Position numbers and translations under genes: made by a program. A DNA stretch of 61,626 nt, the filler included, from Globobulimina sp. (lineage: Eukaryota), in NCBI GenBank assembly GCA_003354225.1. It is 24 parts of 24 records of this genome, joined end to end, with 100 filler letters (N's around TTAATTAATTAA, not from the genome) between each part and the next. Parts side by side here need not be neighbours in the genome. Positions count along the whole stretch, not along the records: positions 1 to 2,474 come from PIVH01006474.1; positions 2,575 to 5,047 come from PIVH01006475.1; positions 5,148 to 7,620 come from PIVH01006476.1; positions 7,721 to 10,193 come from PIVH01006477.1; positions 10,294 to 12,766 come from PIVH01006478.1; positions 12,867 to 15,339 come from PIVH01006479.1; 18 more parts are not named here. One strand, 5' to 3'. The notes beneath the pieces are model-generated. The model saw only the letters and a program-made list of their open reading frames with translations. It had not been told where the DNA came from and did not search any database. Each line of letters opens with the position of its first letter. Within the stretch, counting starts at the first letter, position 1. Of this stretch, positions 1 through 12,940 are shown in pieces.

Positions 1-519
1 ATTAAGTCCGTTTTTTGCAGCCAAGTGGAGATATTTTCAATTAATTCTTGTCTCATAATCGCAGAATTCACTGGTAACTGTTCAAAGGATTTGTTGCATG
101 GATTGTTTTTCCATATACATAGCGATGTATGTGCACATTTTAATTTTTTTAAAAAGGACGATGCCATCGCATTATCTAAAGTTGTTTCATTTATTTGTGT
201 TTGTGTCATAGTGCAAGGATATAAAATAAAAAAAAGAAACTAAACTTGTATCAATAGTCCATAATGGATTTGTTTTATAATTTATTTTCGTACCACATCC
301 GCTGCATTGTAGTGTGTTTTTGGCAATACATTGCCAACCAAAACGTGCACATAATAATGGATTGATATCACGTCGTTTAATGTGCCATTTTAATGGGTTA
401 AATGTTCCAACTCGTTTCAAAAATTGTTTGTGATTATATGGCTCACCGTTTACACCTATTGACGCTGCGGAGGACACATTATTTCGATTTGTATTTTGGG
501 ATACTCTCGTTTTGGACAT
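1..519 (-). CDS. zf-C3HC (NIPA/Rsm1/ZC3HC1-like) protein, 3' truncated, one intron about 176-246
   Basis: FLKRVGTF..W..INPLLCARFGW..LQCSGC; after the GT-AG intron the frame continues LKCAHTSLCIWKNNPC, completing the C3HC motif. Confidence 0.85.
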
Positions 520-797
520 TTTGGCCTGGGAAGAAAGAAAAAAGATGTTTTTGCTTTGATATTTTAAAAACTTCAAGATCTTATTTGCAAGAAAGAAAAA
601 TTGCAACATTAACTACATAAACTTAATGCTGTACAATCGAGAGAAAAAGAAAAAAGTAGACATAATAAAATAAAAAAATATTACTCTGAATTAAAATCTG
701 AAAAACACGCAAAGCAAAGCAACCAATGGCAAAATTAAACACAATTCAAAAACAAAAACAATTCAGATATAATATGTCACGCACAAACAAATACATT

Positions 798-2474
798 TTA
801 AATACGTTTGATTGAAGTCATTGAACTAAATATTTGTTGATCTAAATGCATAAATTCTTTCGTTTGCTTGAATCGCTTAAATGAATCATTCATTAATTTA
901 TACATTTCATAAATACAGTCATCAAATAATGCATATACATCATTGATAACTATTTCTTTATCCATCCAATCATTTAAACCATTCATTGATTTTTTTAATT
1001 TATTTCTTGTATAAGAATCAATATTTATCTCCAAATCACATCCATTTTTATCATAAATATATCTGTTAAATAATGCATATGCCTTCAATTTATAATCAGT
1101 TATAATATTATCCGTATTATGTAACAATGATTCGTCATTTTCATCAATATCTGCATCATTATCCGATACAAACACATTCGTTCTTTGTTGTTTATCATTA
1201 TATTTTACATTCGCAACAATCGACGATAAAGGCACTTTATCCGGGAACTCAAATAATAAAATATGTGATTTATAGTGAACATTACTGTAACTATCATTAA
1301 TTACAATTGATATATCTTTATTTAGCGAAGGTATGCTTTTAATGTCATCGCCTACATTGACGTTATAATTATGTGTTAACATTTGATTTATTAACAATAT
1401 ATGTTCAATATGCTCAGCCTTAAGGTACAGAAACAAGTTACATGTTTGCAAACACTTTGGTTATTTGGTACATTTCCAACATACCTCGAAAACATGTGAA
1501 TTATGTATAATATCATAATTCAAACTGGTTTTCCATTGAACCATTTCAATGAAACATAATAGACATTCTTGAGAGAATTCATATATTAAATGATCCATAA
1601 AAGCATTCAAACCATGATTGTCATTCAATAATTCATGTAACTTTAAATTCGCGCCATTGTCGGAAACCGTTAACGAGCGTTTATAATTTGGCAAACCATC
1701 AGAAAGTGTAACTGATCTCGAAAACGAAAATCCATTCCAATCAGAAACACGTCGATTAAAAATAAATTTATTCAATATCCATCGAGTACAAACATAGACA
1801 AATATGGCGGTGATTATTATTGCAATCCATGAAGATAATAAATTAAATATAAATTCATCAATATTTATTACCAACGCATTTAATAAAGTTCCTATAAAAT
1901 ACCAAATATACAATGTAATGTATGAATAAATAATTATTTTCAGCTCGCAACGAATCCAGAATTTATCTTCAAAATATGGTGTTTTCTGCCAAATTGTATA
2001 CAAAAGCATAAAGGTTAACAGATTCATAACACCATCCAATAATGTTGCAATTCGCTGTGGATATAATTGAATGACAGCCATTAAATGGAAAATAAATGAT
2101 AAAAGGGATGTGATTAAATACAAAAATATACAACATTTAAAGCACCATATTTCGTTTCCAAATGTTTTTTTATTCACCAGAAACCATGCGGTTTTATCAT
2201 GTTTTGGATTGAGTATTTTTTTCCATTTGGAATGGGATGCAGATATTGCAAATTTAATGTCGTAGTAAACCAACCAATATCTCCATACTAAGCACCATAA
2301 AATGCCATAAATTGTAAATGAAAATATTATGTAATGAATTATTGTTAAAATGAACATTTCGCCAAATATTTCCGATGACCATATTAAACCTATTGTTCTC
2401 TCGATGGTCCAGAATATTAATATAAATATAACCAAACAGATAACAGTGGTATCATGTCGTTTATTTCTGTGTTA
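798..2474 (-). CDS. 7TM-RGS protein (multi-pass membrane region plus C-terminal RGS domain), 5' truncated, intron 1419-1484
   Basis: Multiple hydrophobic helices followed by RGS motifs (LLNDNHGLNAFMDHLIYEFSQECLLCFIE ... LFNRYI..LEINIDSYTR ... LFDDCIYEMYKLMNDSFKRFK). A 66-nt phase-0 GT-AG intron joins ORFs 1461..2435 and 798..1451. Confidence 0.85.
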
Positions 2475-2574
2475 NNNNNNNNNNNNNNNNNNNNNNNNNN
2501 NNNNNNNNNNNNNNNNNNTTAATTAATTAANNNNNNNNNNNNNNNNNNNNNNNNNNNNNNNNNNNNNNNNNNNN
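2475..2574. other. Artificial contig-joining spacer (N44-TTAATTAATTAA-N44), first of 23
   Basis: The same 100-nt spacer, with stop codons in all six frames, recurs about every 2.57 kb. Contigs start at 1, 2575, 5148, 7721, 10294, 12867, 15440, 18013, 20585, 23157, 25729, 28301, 30873, 33445, 36017, 38589, 41160, 43731, 46302, 48873, 51444, 54015, 56586 and 59157, and decrease in length from 2474 to 2470. Confidence 0.99.
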
Positions 2575-3521
2575 TCCACTTTTGGTGTGCCAACGGCAAT
2601 GGCCATATCCACTTGAAACGGACACGTGGTTTTTCCAGATTTGGTTAAATTGGATATAAAATTGATAGAGGCATACAAATATTGCACAGTCACTTCCAAT
2701 GAGTCATTGATAAACATCATATTTGTGAATAATAATTTTGGCGTACATCTTTTACCAAAACTAATGACTGCGCCCGTTGCTAACACGCTACACTTCATTT
2801 GGTGTGCTCCCTTGCCCGGCTCTGCTACCATAACTGTCACATTTTTTAACTTCTGGAAATGTCGATGACTGTGGCTCCAATCCGTCTCATTCCACCCTTT
2901 CTCGTCGCCGATATGTTTAACTCGGTCACGCGAATAATCATCGACTAAATGCAATAAATAATCAAACTTATTCTTTTTGGCCACAGCTAATATCTGTAAA
3001 AAAGTGCCATCCGTTGACATTCCCGAATTCCATAAAACCTTTGTTTTTGCAAACAAATTATGTTAAAATGTGCGAAAAAAACAAAAAATCAACAAACCGG
3101 ACATTGCGTTGCATATATTTTTTTAATTTCTTCTAAATCTTTGTCTTTGACCGAAAATAAATCTTGATCAACTTATATAATTTTATTGTTATTTTTTTCA
3201 AGTTATACTATATATATTAAAACAAGAAAAAGATAACACACATTCAGGCAATTTCACTTCAAATGTTACATCTGGATTCTGTTGACATTTTCTTATCAGA
3301 TTAAATATGAATTCAGGTTTGTTTTTAGGTTCACGTTCTGGGTCGAAAGGGAAATCCGCATCAAAATCTATCAAAAGACTATCGCTTGGGTCCACATCCA
3401 ATTCGTCTTTGATTTCATCTTCATCCAAACCATTATCCTCACAGTAATCCGTGAATAAAGAGTCATACTCTTTTCCTAAACTTGCATAATATCTACCTAA
3501 TGCCGCACATATTTGTTCCAT
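2575..3521 (-). CDS. Hypothetical protein, intron-containing, 3' truncated
   Basis: Two same-strand ORFs (3198..3521 and 2575..3056) with AT-rich intron-like sequence between them; acidic N-terminus; no family recognised. Confidence 0.5.
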
Positions 3522-3609
3522 AATATCTACCTAATGCCGACGGGATACAATGGTTCAAAAGTTTTGTGTTTGATGATGGTTTAATTAAAAACAGCTTAAA
3601 AAAATTCAA

Positions 3610-5047
3610 TTAGTTCGTGTTTGTCAAGTCCATGACAGTTATTATTTCTTTCGCACTACAAAAAAATTCAATTGCTTTTGAATACGCTAAATATGATCCT
3701 TTAAATCTTTCGAATAATACAACATATCGTTTATTCTCATCCACCAAATATTGTTTACAAGAAAACAAAACATCTCCGTCGTCTCCGCCGCCATCAAAAC
3801 TAACAAGACATCCAATCGCTGATATTGTAATTTTTGCGCCGGTTCTACGAGCAATACATTCAAATCGAGCAGCAATTTCTGACGGAACTGTATAAGTGAA
3901 AAATTTATGACATGTGCTATTTGCAAATAAATTATCCTTGATGTGATTTGAACATTTTATAAATTCATTTGTTGGATCTAATTCCTTTGCGCGTATTTTG
4001 AATGAAGTTTGATATTTTTCTTGCAAATTTTCTAACTCCTTTTCAATTTTTAAAATGCGTTGTTTTGTGACAATATTAACTCTTTGCTGTATGTATTGCT
4101 TTAGTTCGTTATGATGAATGTGCGAATTATATATTTTACCATTATACCACTTATGCTTTTTAATATCGTTTATATCACATCGATATTCTGCATAAGGATG
4201 CAACATTGCTTCTAATATATTTTTGAACATTTTGTCAAATTGTCTGGTTCTTTCATGTGCTTTCCAGAACAATTTTATTTTCGCAGTACCAGCAGCAATA
4301 TATTTGTCACGGTCTTTTTTATATTTTTGTTTTTCTGCAGCAACGATATATTTCCATCCTTTACTTAATTTATCCCACCACCAATCGGTGTCATTGCGAT
4401 TTTGAAATGGTGGGAAACCAGAATACATCATAAATAATATGATTCCACACGAAAATATATCACATGTATGCCTATATTTGTTACCTTTTACTAATTCAGG
4501 AGACAAATAACCTTTTGTACCGCATGCTGTTTTCAGTTTTTCTATGTCACCATCGCCTGATGCTGATGCTGATGGTGTACGTGGTTGTGGTGCTGGATAA
4601 CTATGGACATTGTTCGCAATTTGTTTCAAATCTCCATTGTATTGAACCACAATCATAGAGGTCCACGGTGTAATAAATTTATATTTCATTGCCAATGACA
4701 ATGCTTCTTTTTCATCCATAACGTTCTCATTCTAATTTTTGCATATTGTCGCAATTTTAAAAATGCCCATATTCTCTCAATGTTATCATTTGTTTGATTT
4801 ACATCAATGTTCAGCACAATACGTTTACAAATTTGTATTGGTTTTGTAATTATGCGCTCATCGGTTTGAATGGCTTTGCCTGTGATCGCTGATACCGTCG
4901 CATTCACACAATATTCACACTGTTTATTGTCATTGTCATCACTGTTTCTGTTTATTTTGCCACAAATAATAATGTCATTTCCTGAATATAATGCATTAAA
5001 CTTAGTATTTGTAAGATTACTAATATTTTGGTCGCAGTCATATTCAA
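3610..5047 (-). pseudogene. ITIH-like (VIT/vWA) C-terminal region joined to a Ser/Thr kinase C-lobe; frameshift near 4725
   Basis: ISNLTNTKFNALYSGNDIIICGKI ... IERIWAFLKL / EALSLAMKYKFITPWTSMIVV (ITIH-type), then LKTACGTKGYLSPE..CDIFSCGIILFMMYSGFPPF..MLHP..RC..I..H.W (kinase subdomains VIII-XI). No GxGxxG, HRD or DFG motif. Confidence 0.65.
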
Positions 5048-5147
5048 NNNNNNNNNNNNNNNNNNNNNNNNNNNNNNNNNNNNNNNNNNNNTTAATTAAT
5101 TAANNNNNNNNNNNNNNNNNNNNNNNNNNNNNNNNNNNNNNNNNNNN

Positions 5148-5853
5148 AAACATTTTATCACGTTATCCAGTGCAATTACAAAAGATATACAGCCAACATC
5201 TTGCCACAACATTTGGTCTCAAACGGTGTGAGACTGGAGTTCATGAATGGATTTTACGTCTGGTTGAATCAAATAATACTCACAGTAATTACAGTGTGGT
5301 GGTCGGAGTTGTAAAAAATAAATTCATTGATGAATGTATTCATAGAAATACCAATTTTAGGCATCCGGGTGGCACCAAAGCTCATTTCAGAATGCCTGTA
5401 GCATTCATGCGCTTTAATGGTGTTGATAGAGGCTATGGATTTGTAGCAAACAAAGCTCGTAAACTGGCTAAATTTAATGAAAATGATCATAAATTATGGA
5501 AATATGGTGAGAGTTTTAAACATTTGAATGATTTGATGCGTGTTATATTGGATATGGATAAGCATACATTGTCATTTGTTATCAATGGAACTGATTATGG
5601 CTCAGCTTTTGATGTGGATGAAAATTGTGAATATCGGTTAGCAGTTTGTATGTTACCTGGAATAACCATTGAACTTTGTGACATGGAGGAAGCACGGATC
5701 CCATGCCAACAAATTGCAGACGATATGCTTAAAAATGATGTGACACAATCAGTTTCTCAAAGGGTTACGTGGAAATCTATAATGATTGTCATCACGTTTC
5801 TTGTTGTGTTAGTTAGTGTTGGTTTTGCTTTTTATCCAGTTGATTTTCAATAA
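5148..5853 (+). CDS. SPRY/B30.2-like domain protein with C-terminal TM anchor, 5' truncated
   Basis: GVHEWILR..VVGV..KYGESF..DLMRVILDMDKHTLSFVINGTDYGSAF..YRLAV; hydrophobic C-terminal tail. Confidence 0.75.
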
Positions 5854-5901
5854 ATAATACTTGTTTTAAATTTCCCTTCCCCTAAACTTAAATAGTACGG
5901 A

Positions 5902-7620
5902 ATGTCTAGCAATGATATTGGCAGCGGTATAATATACCATTCATGTAATGATGAAACAAAGTCATATGAAATCAAATCGAGCGAGGATTCTGCAGATAAA
6001 GTCATTAAGTTTTGTGACGGATTTAATCACATTGTATTATTAAAAGAGAATGGCTTTATTCAAAAGATAGCGTCAAATGATACAATGTTTGATGAGTCAT
6101 ATAAATATTTACAACAATTTAAAATTCCGATTATTGATATTGCATTTGGTAAAAAACATGGTATTGCATTAACAGAAGATTACAAAGTGTGTTCATTTGG
6201 GGATAATACATATGGTCAATTAGGTATTGGTCATATCGGAAATATTGATAATGAAATAAGTATACAACCACAATTTATTAATTATTTTATGCAAGTAAAC
6301 CAAAAAATAATTGAAATTAAATGTGGTTCCCATCATTCATGTGCATTATCAAAATCTGGTGATGTTTATACATGGGGGCAAGGCAAATATGGTCAGTTAG
6401 GAACAAAGGTTCTATCCATTCAAATATTACCACGTTATGTACATATTGCATTCGTAGCAAATAAAAAAGATTTTATTCAGCGCATTGAATGTGGACCAGA
6501 AGGAACCGCTGCTATATCAAGTTAAAAATATTTTATCTGACTTTTTTTTATATAAAAAAATATTTGTATACGATTGTAAAACTACAGAAAGTGGAAATTT
6601 ATATCAATGGGGATATGGTCAACCAACTCCGGTTCAAATTGCATTGAAATATAAAGATAATAATATGCAAATTAGTAAAATATCGATTGGATTTGCACAT
6701 TCTTTATGTTTAACATCAGGCAGTAAGTTGTATGGATGGGGGTTATGGTTATATGGACAGTTAGGAGTCGATGCGCTGGAAAAGAAAGTAACTAAACCAT
6801 TATATTTAAAACAATTTGCAAAAGATATTGTTTCAGATATTAAATGTTGCGGATTATACAGTGTGATTTGTACAGAAAATAATGGCATTTATATTTTAGG
6901 ATTTAATGATTGTTTGTTTGAGAAAAAGCAACATATTAATCCATTTAAAATACGTTTAACCGATAGAAAAATAAAATATATTGGTTGCGGTAGATACGAT
7001 TTTGCTGTTATTACTGCCACGGACATAACCACAATAAAACCATCAGTATGTTGCTCGAATGGATCAAATATTGAGATTGCAGGACATGGATTTTATGCAA
7101 CTGCATTTGAACCAACTGTAAAATTTGTGTTACCGAATAATGTTAAATGTATTATAGACAAAGCAACTTTTGTAGACAATGGAATTTTATCTGCAACGAC
7201 ACCAAATATTAATGATATAAATAATATATCCTATCCATGTAAGATAACAGTATCCGTAGCAATGGATGGCAAATATTATTCCGATCCGTGCGAGTTATAT
7301 CTCATTGACAATCCAGATGATAAAACATTGTTTAATATTACACCAAATTGTGCTGATATTAATGGTGATATTAAATGTATTTTAAGCGATAAAAATGAAT
7401 CAAATTATATTGAGATGTTAACAAATTTTGTTTGCGATTTACAATTGGAACATATTAATATTAGAGTTAAATTAAAAAATGATGTTGTATATATTTTAGA
7501 TGCTGTTTTAAATATAAATAATAATTCGATTGAATTTGTCATTCCGTCAATGGATGTTGGACGATATGATGTATTCATTGCATTTGATGGACAGCAATTT
7601 GTTAATACAAATACTAATTT
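5902..7620 (+). CDS. RCC1-repeat protein with IPT/TIG-like domains, intron 6521-6587, 3' truncated
   Basis: Repeated G..H...L....VY.WG....GQLG motifs; the splice restores ISKSGNLYQWG; then ITTIKPS..GSNIEIAGHGF and VSVAMDG/VFIAFDGQQF TIG-like strands. Confidence 0.85.
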
Positions 7621-7720
7621 NNNNNNNNNNNNNNNNNNNNNNNNNNNNNNNNNNNNNNNNNNNNTTAATTAATTAANNNNNNNNNNNNNNNNNNNNNNNN
7701 NNNNNNNNNNNNNNNNNNNN

Positions 7721-8626
7721 ATGCACTGCTTTTTTGTGCGATAACGCATCATTTAAGGATGGATCAACGGTCTGCATTATATTGACATTTATTGGCATTT
7801 CGCCCCTCATATTCTTCTCAATCAATGCAAATGTCGACACATAATTCATGAGGAAAAACATTAAACTCATCAATGGACTCATTATTGATGAACCAACATA
7901 AAAACTTGTAATCTCCGCAATTACCAAACCACTAAAAAATGTGATTATTGCTAAAATTAATAATTTGGATTGCAATTTGGATTCCCAATGAATAAAAATA
8001 TAAAGCGAATCAAATGACGGTGTTTTCCATAATATAGAAACGAAAAAAATGATCGGAATGGATAACGAAATAACAATTAATGGAATGGATAAAATTGTAG
8101 CAATGGAGTGGATATTTGCTGCATAGCCACTCACTCGGTAATAAACACCAATCATTGATATGATAAATCCAATAAAATGAACACTAAGAAATTGTTTGAT
8201 AACAAACGATGTGTTTCCATATTTTTTATTGTTATCAATAAACCAATTTTCTTCATTTTTAACGTCGGGATTAATAATTTGTTGCCATTCTAATTGGGCT
8301 GCATTGAATGTCCAATGTGATTTGAAATATATTATCCAATTTCTGACATTTAGAAAAAATAACAATAGCCACCAGGTTAGAAATACCAATATGAAACCCA
8401 TGTTATTTAATGAGGTCTGGAAATTAAAGAATGCTATGGGTACTAAGGGATAATTGATCATCATTGCAATAAATGTTATATTTAATCCAAACACAATACC
8501 TAACGATCTTTTCTTCATAAACTGTTCATTTCGTAATTTATATAGTTTGATGTTTCCATATATTGACACTGGGACTAATACTAATGATGGGAGCGCAGAA
8601 AAAAAACTAATAGTGTGGTTGTCCAT
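7721..8626 (-). CDS. 7TM-RGS-like protein paralog, 3' truncated at the start of the RGS region
   Basis: About 7 hydrophobic segments. It shares motifs with the 798-2474 gene (MKKRS/IKRH, W..Y, W..I.NP, WF..N.K.(Y/F)GN, W.KTP.F, I..E.K) and ends at LNDAL. Confidence 0.75.
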
Positions 8627-8791
8627 TGTATATAACTAAATGAAAACTTTTAAACAGCTCAGTTATTAATAGTTGATCAACAACAAAGTCGAAGAAGTGC
8701 GAGTTAAATTTATCATAAAATAATAATAAAAACAAACAAAAACCAGAAGAACTTGTTCTGACGTACAGCTAATTAAAAAAATACGAATATA

Positions 8792-10193
8792 TCATGCAAC
8801 TTTCTTTTTTAAATGTGATAATGTTGGAATTAAATTTGCATCACCGTACACCCAATAGATTGCTGTACCAAAAAGATTCAAAACCAACGTCACATAAAAT
8901 ATAAATTTCCATTCAAATATTTGTTTCTCAAATACATATCCGGTCAATAGCGGTGATAATACGCCCGAGAATGTCGCGATGGTATTACCTACGCCAACAA
9001 TAACTGAAGCATATTTATTTGAAATATTCTGATAATTTGCTATTAATCCACACGAGGAAAGTCCAAGAAAACTGCATGCCACAATCAATAATTTAACAAT
9101 AAATGCCACGTCATCGGAATGTCCACAAACAACCAATAAAACAGCAGGTACGAGCGTCGATAATGCGGTTGCCGTTTTCCGTATTGTTGTCAATGAGTAT
9201 TTGTTGGATGCAATGACTTTGTCACATAATCTGCTCACAATTACAGACACTAAAAATTGTCCAATATAGGGGGCCATTGATACCATGCCTGCGTCTGATA
9301 GATTATAATTTAATTTTTTATTTAAATACGTAGGTAATTGGGTAATGACTGTATAAAAAGTCCATGTGTACCCAAAATGGCAAATATATATGGATACAAC
9401 AGTTTTATTGGTCAAGATTTCCTTCCATGGAATGCTCTCAGATTTTGCTTTTTTGCGCTGGATTCAAATAATATGCATTGGTAACAGTCGATAGTTTACG
9501 TTATTTTGCAATTCATCCCGTAAACACCGTCTGTTATCAACACATTTGAATAAATGTACTAAACTTTATTGGAATTAATATCTAATTCGTTTTTTAAATA
9601 TTTTAATTCATTTTTTGTAATATATGGGTCAACCAAAGGCGAATCAAATACGTATAAATGCCACGCAACACTCCAAACTAAAGCAAGTATACCAAAAAAA
9701 TAAAAAATATTTTGCCAATTGCTATGATCTATAATAAAACTTGAGATTGGAAACGTTATTGTATTTGCAAAGTGTATCCCTGCCACAGATAAACCAATCA
9801 TTGTTGATCTCTCTTTGTTTGGTGCCCAGTTATTAAGAATAGTTTGCAATGCGGGCCATGTAAAACTGGCCAGTAATCCGGATGCAATTCGATTTATTAT
9901 AAATAACCGTACAGTTGAATCACTATCGTCTGTTGTATTTGCACCACAAACGCGCATACTTTGCGCATTGCATTTTATTTCGTCAAGCAAATAAATGTTA
10001 TCTATGAAACACCAATTTGTTGCTATTGAGGCGTCACATTTACAATTTAATGACGAACTTTCTGTTTGTAACTGAAAGGGAGTGAGTATTGTTAATAAAG
10101 CTGGTCCAAATATACCCAAAACAATAATAATTTTAGGTCCATATTTTGCTGCTAATATACCGGCTGAATTATACATAAAAACAACGTTACAAA
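8792..10193 (-). CDS. MFS anion:cation symporter (SLC17/sialin-like), intron-containing, 5' truncated
   Basis: AGILAAKYGPK, WAPNKERSTM, W..IFYFFG, VFDSP..P.I...E..Y, QLPTYL..L.Y....AG..S.APY, IRK, GNTIAT..G..SP..TG. Confidence 0.9.
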
Positions 10194-12940
10194 NNNNNNN
10201 NNNNNNNNNNNNNNNNNNNNNNNNNNNNNNNNNNNNNTTAATTAATTAANNNNNNNNNNNNNNNNNNNNNNNNNNNNNNNNNNNNNNNNNNNNACAACAA
10301 ATAAATCTGTTTCGAGACTCTCTATACCGTTTGACTGCTGATACTTGAAGGTCACGTGAAATGGGGGGACAATCCTTAACGTATAATAACATTTATTTTA
10401 TATGAAATTTGTACAAGTCACCGTGTACATTTCAGTCGAAGGCCAAGCTGTAAGTTCCGAACGAGTTGTCCGATCGAGCTGAATTATGTAGGATATCCGT
10501 GGCCTGCATGCGAAAATGGACTTCGATTTGGCTAAATGTACTTGAAAACGATTTAGAACTATCCATCCTGATTTACAAGCAAAAACGTTTACAAAAACAT
10601 CACATTACAAGCATTATCATTAATTATATCACATCCAAGTATTCGATTCTCAAATACGGCACATCATCTTGGTTGCATTTGCTTTGAACAACCTTTTGTA
10701 CTCGCATATAATGGGTGAACAAATTCTTGTTGGCATCAATAGAGACATTGTTTTTTCTGTCCAATTCATCTTGAATTTCTCGTTTTTCAGGTGATTCGGC
10801 CATTCCTGCAATGACAGAGGGGTTACAGACAGAACTCATGAGTAGGGATGGACCTTTATGGTGGTGGACCCCCTGCGGGAAATAGTCTTCAGTATGTGGA
10901 GCTCACGATGGTTTGGCTAAAAACGCAGTTTTCCAACTTCAATCGCTTATAACTAACGAATGATTGGACGAAATTATCGCGATGCAAAAAGGGGGCGACG
11001 GTCGAGTCGGCCGAAACCACACCCACTACGAATTGGACCAATCACCGTTGGCGTATGTTGTCTGCTATAGTTTCGGAAGCGAAAACGAAAGCGAAAGGTT
11101 TATTCAGAAAACAAAAAAACCAAGAACGTAAACCCGTTCTTGCGCATCTTTTGACACTAAAATCAGAGAAATTGGTTACCGTTTGGCTGACAAATACGTG
11201 CAACAAAAGTACACCGTTTTTTGGTAAAAAATAGCTTCCAGAGGTCTACAAAACTGTCTAAATATTTCAAAATTATAATGGATTTGCTTAACTTTTTGTC
11301 CTCTACAATAAGGTGCTAAGTTTGCTAATTAAAATGATCAGCAGGTTTCTGCGCGAAACCAGCGTCGACGCAAGCACCTCATGCAACGATCACAGCGACA
11401 CCTAGCGAAAAAGTAGTTTTTTGCCGTTTTCTCCATGAAGGTTTAATTTAGAGACTTCGACAAAAAATTCTACGGCATTGTTTTACCCAGAAAGTTTTAA
11501 AATATAGCAAACAATTTGACAGAAAAGTTATTAGAATGATTTAAAGAAATACTAAACTAAATAGAATTCAACTACTACCTTCAATTTGTTTATTTATTTT
11601 AGCATTTAATAAGTCGTTCTTGGCACGTTCTTTTAAGGAAAATTTCCAGACGATATTCCACATTCTCTTTAAAAAGTAAATCATTCCATTTTTAGTTTGT
11701 GAATTGTTGATACACGACATAGCTGCATCGATGTTTCTATTAGTCAACGGCACTGTTTCTGGCAACATTTTTATTATATGACAATAAATGAATGAAACAC
11801 CCAATCTCAGCGAGGAGAAAAACACAACAAAGCTGTGTAGTAAATTGGTAATATCTTAAACGAGCCCCCGAGCCCCGAGCAAACCTATGTAAATTAGATG
11901 ATGGCCTATAATCTGAAAACGATTTTTCTTGCCTGAATCAGGTATAATTTCCTACAGTAATGCAGTCAGTCATCATATATAGCAAATTCTATTTTCCACC
12001 ACACACAACACCAACGACATACACAATCAAATGTATTGATTGGGCATTAATTTGTGGCTGAAACAATTGTGAAAAGTCTAAGTCTTTGTCTACATTGACA
12101 AATTTTATCAAGTAGAACATGAGACAATATGACAAGTCAAGACAAACCGAAAAATCATGTGTTTTGCAGAATATAGTATATAAAATTCCTAGTCATTCCC
12201 TATTATTGTTACTTTGAATCACTTTCACCAAACCAGGGATGGCAACTGTACTGGAAGAAACTTTGCGAGTATACATGTATAAACAATATGTATATACAAT
12301 ACGAGTTATAAGAGAAGAGAATATACAACACACATTTGTATTAAAACTTGTGCTAATTTAATATTGAAGTCACGGAACTATGAAATGATAAGATGCTGAT
12401 TTGGCCGAAAAACAAGCATGGAAAAACATTAATATGCGTATTTATTTTATTTTATTAATATTATTATTATAATTAACAATAATAAAGCAAATATAATCCT
12501 ATAACAAATATGAAAATCAAATCAAAAACAACAGATCAAGAAGCAAAGTCCATGGCTTCCGGATGGGCACTGGAAGATGATTTGGGAATATGCATGAGTA
12601 TCTCTCTCATGCTTTGAGGACTGTATACAACTCCCTTCTGCTCATCATCATCCATTGCATTGTTTGCTTTGGCTGCTGTAACAAAATATTATAAAAACAA
12701 ATGTATGACAGAAAATAGCACGCATGAATTGGTTATTGCTAGGGCTAGTATTATTTCGCTGGCGCGNNNNNNNNNNNNNNNNNNNNNNNNNNNNNNNNNN
12801 NNNNNNNNNNTTAATTAATTAANNNNNNNNNNNNNNNNNNNNNNNNNNNNNNNNNNNNNNNNNNNNATGATAACATTGAAATTATCGAGTAACAGCAAGG
12901 TAATTCACAGCAAAAACAATCTCACAAACCACTTTCAAAC

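Noticed and set aside
10294-12766. Genes or ncRNA in contig 5
   Set aside because: Only short candidate exons that I could not splice consistently; no recognisable motif.
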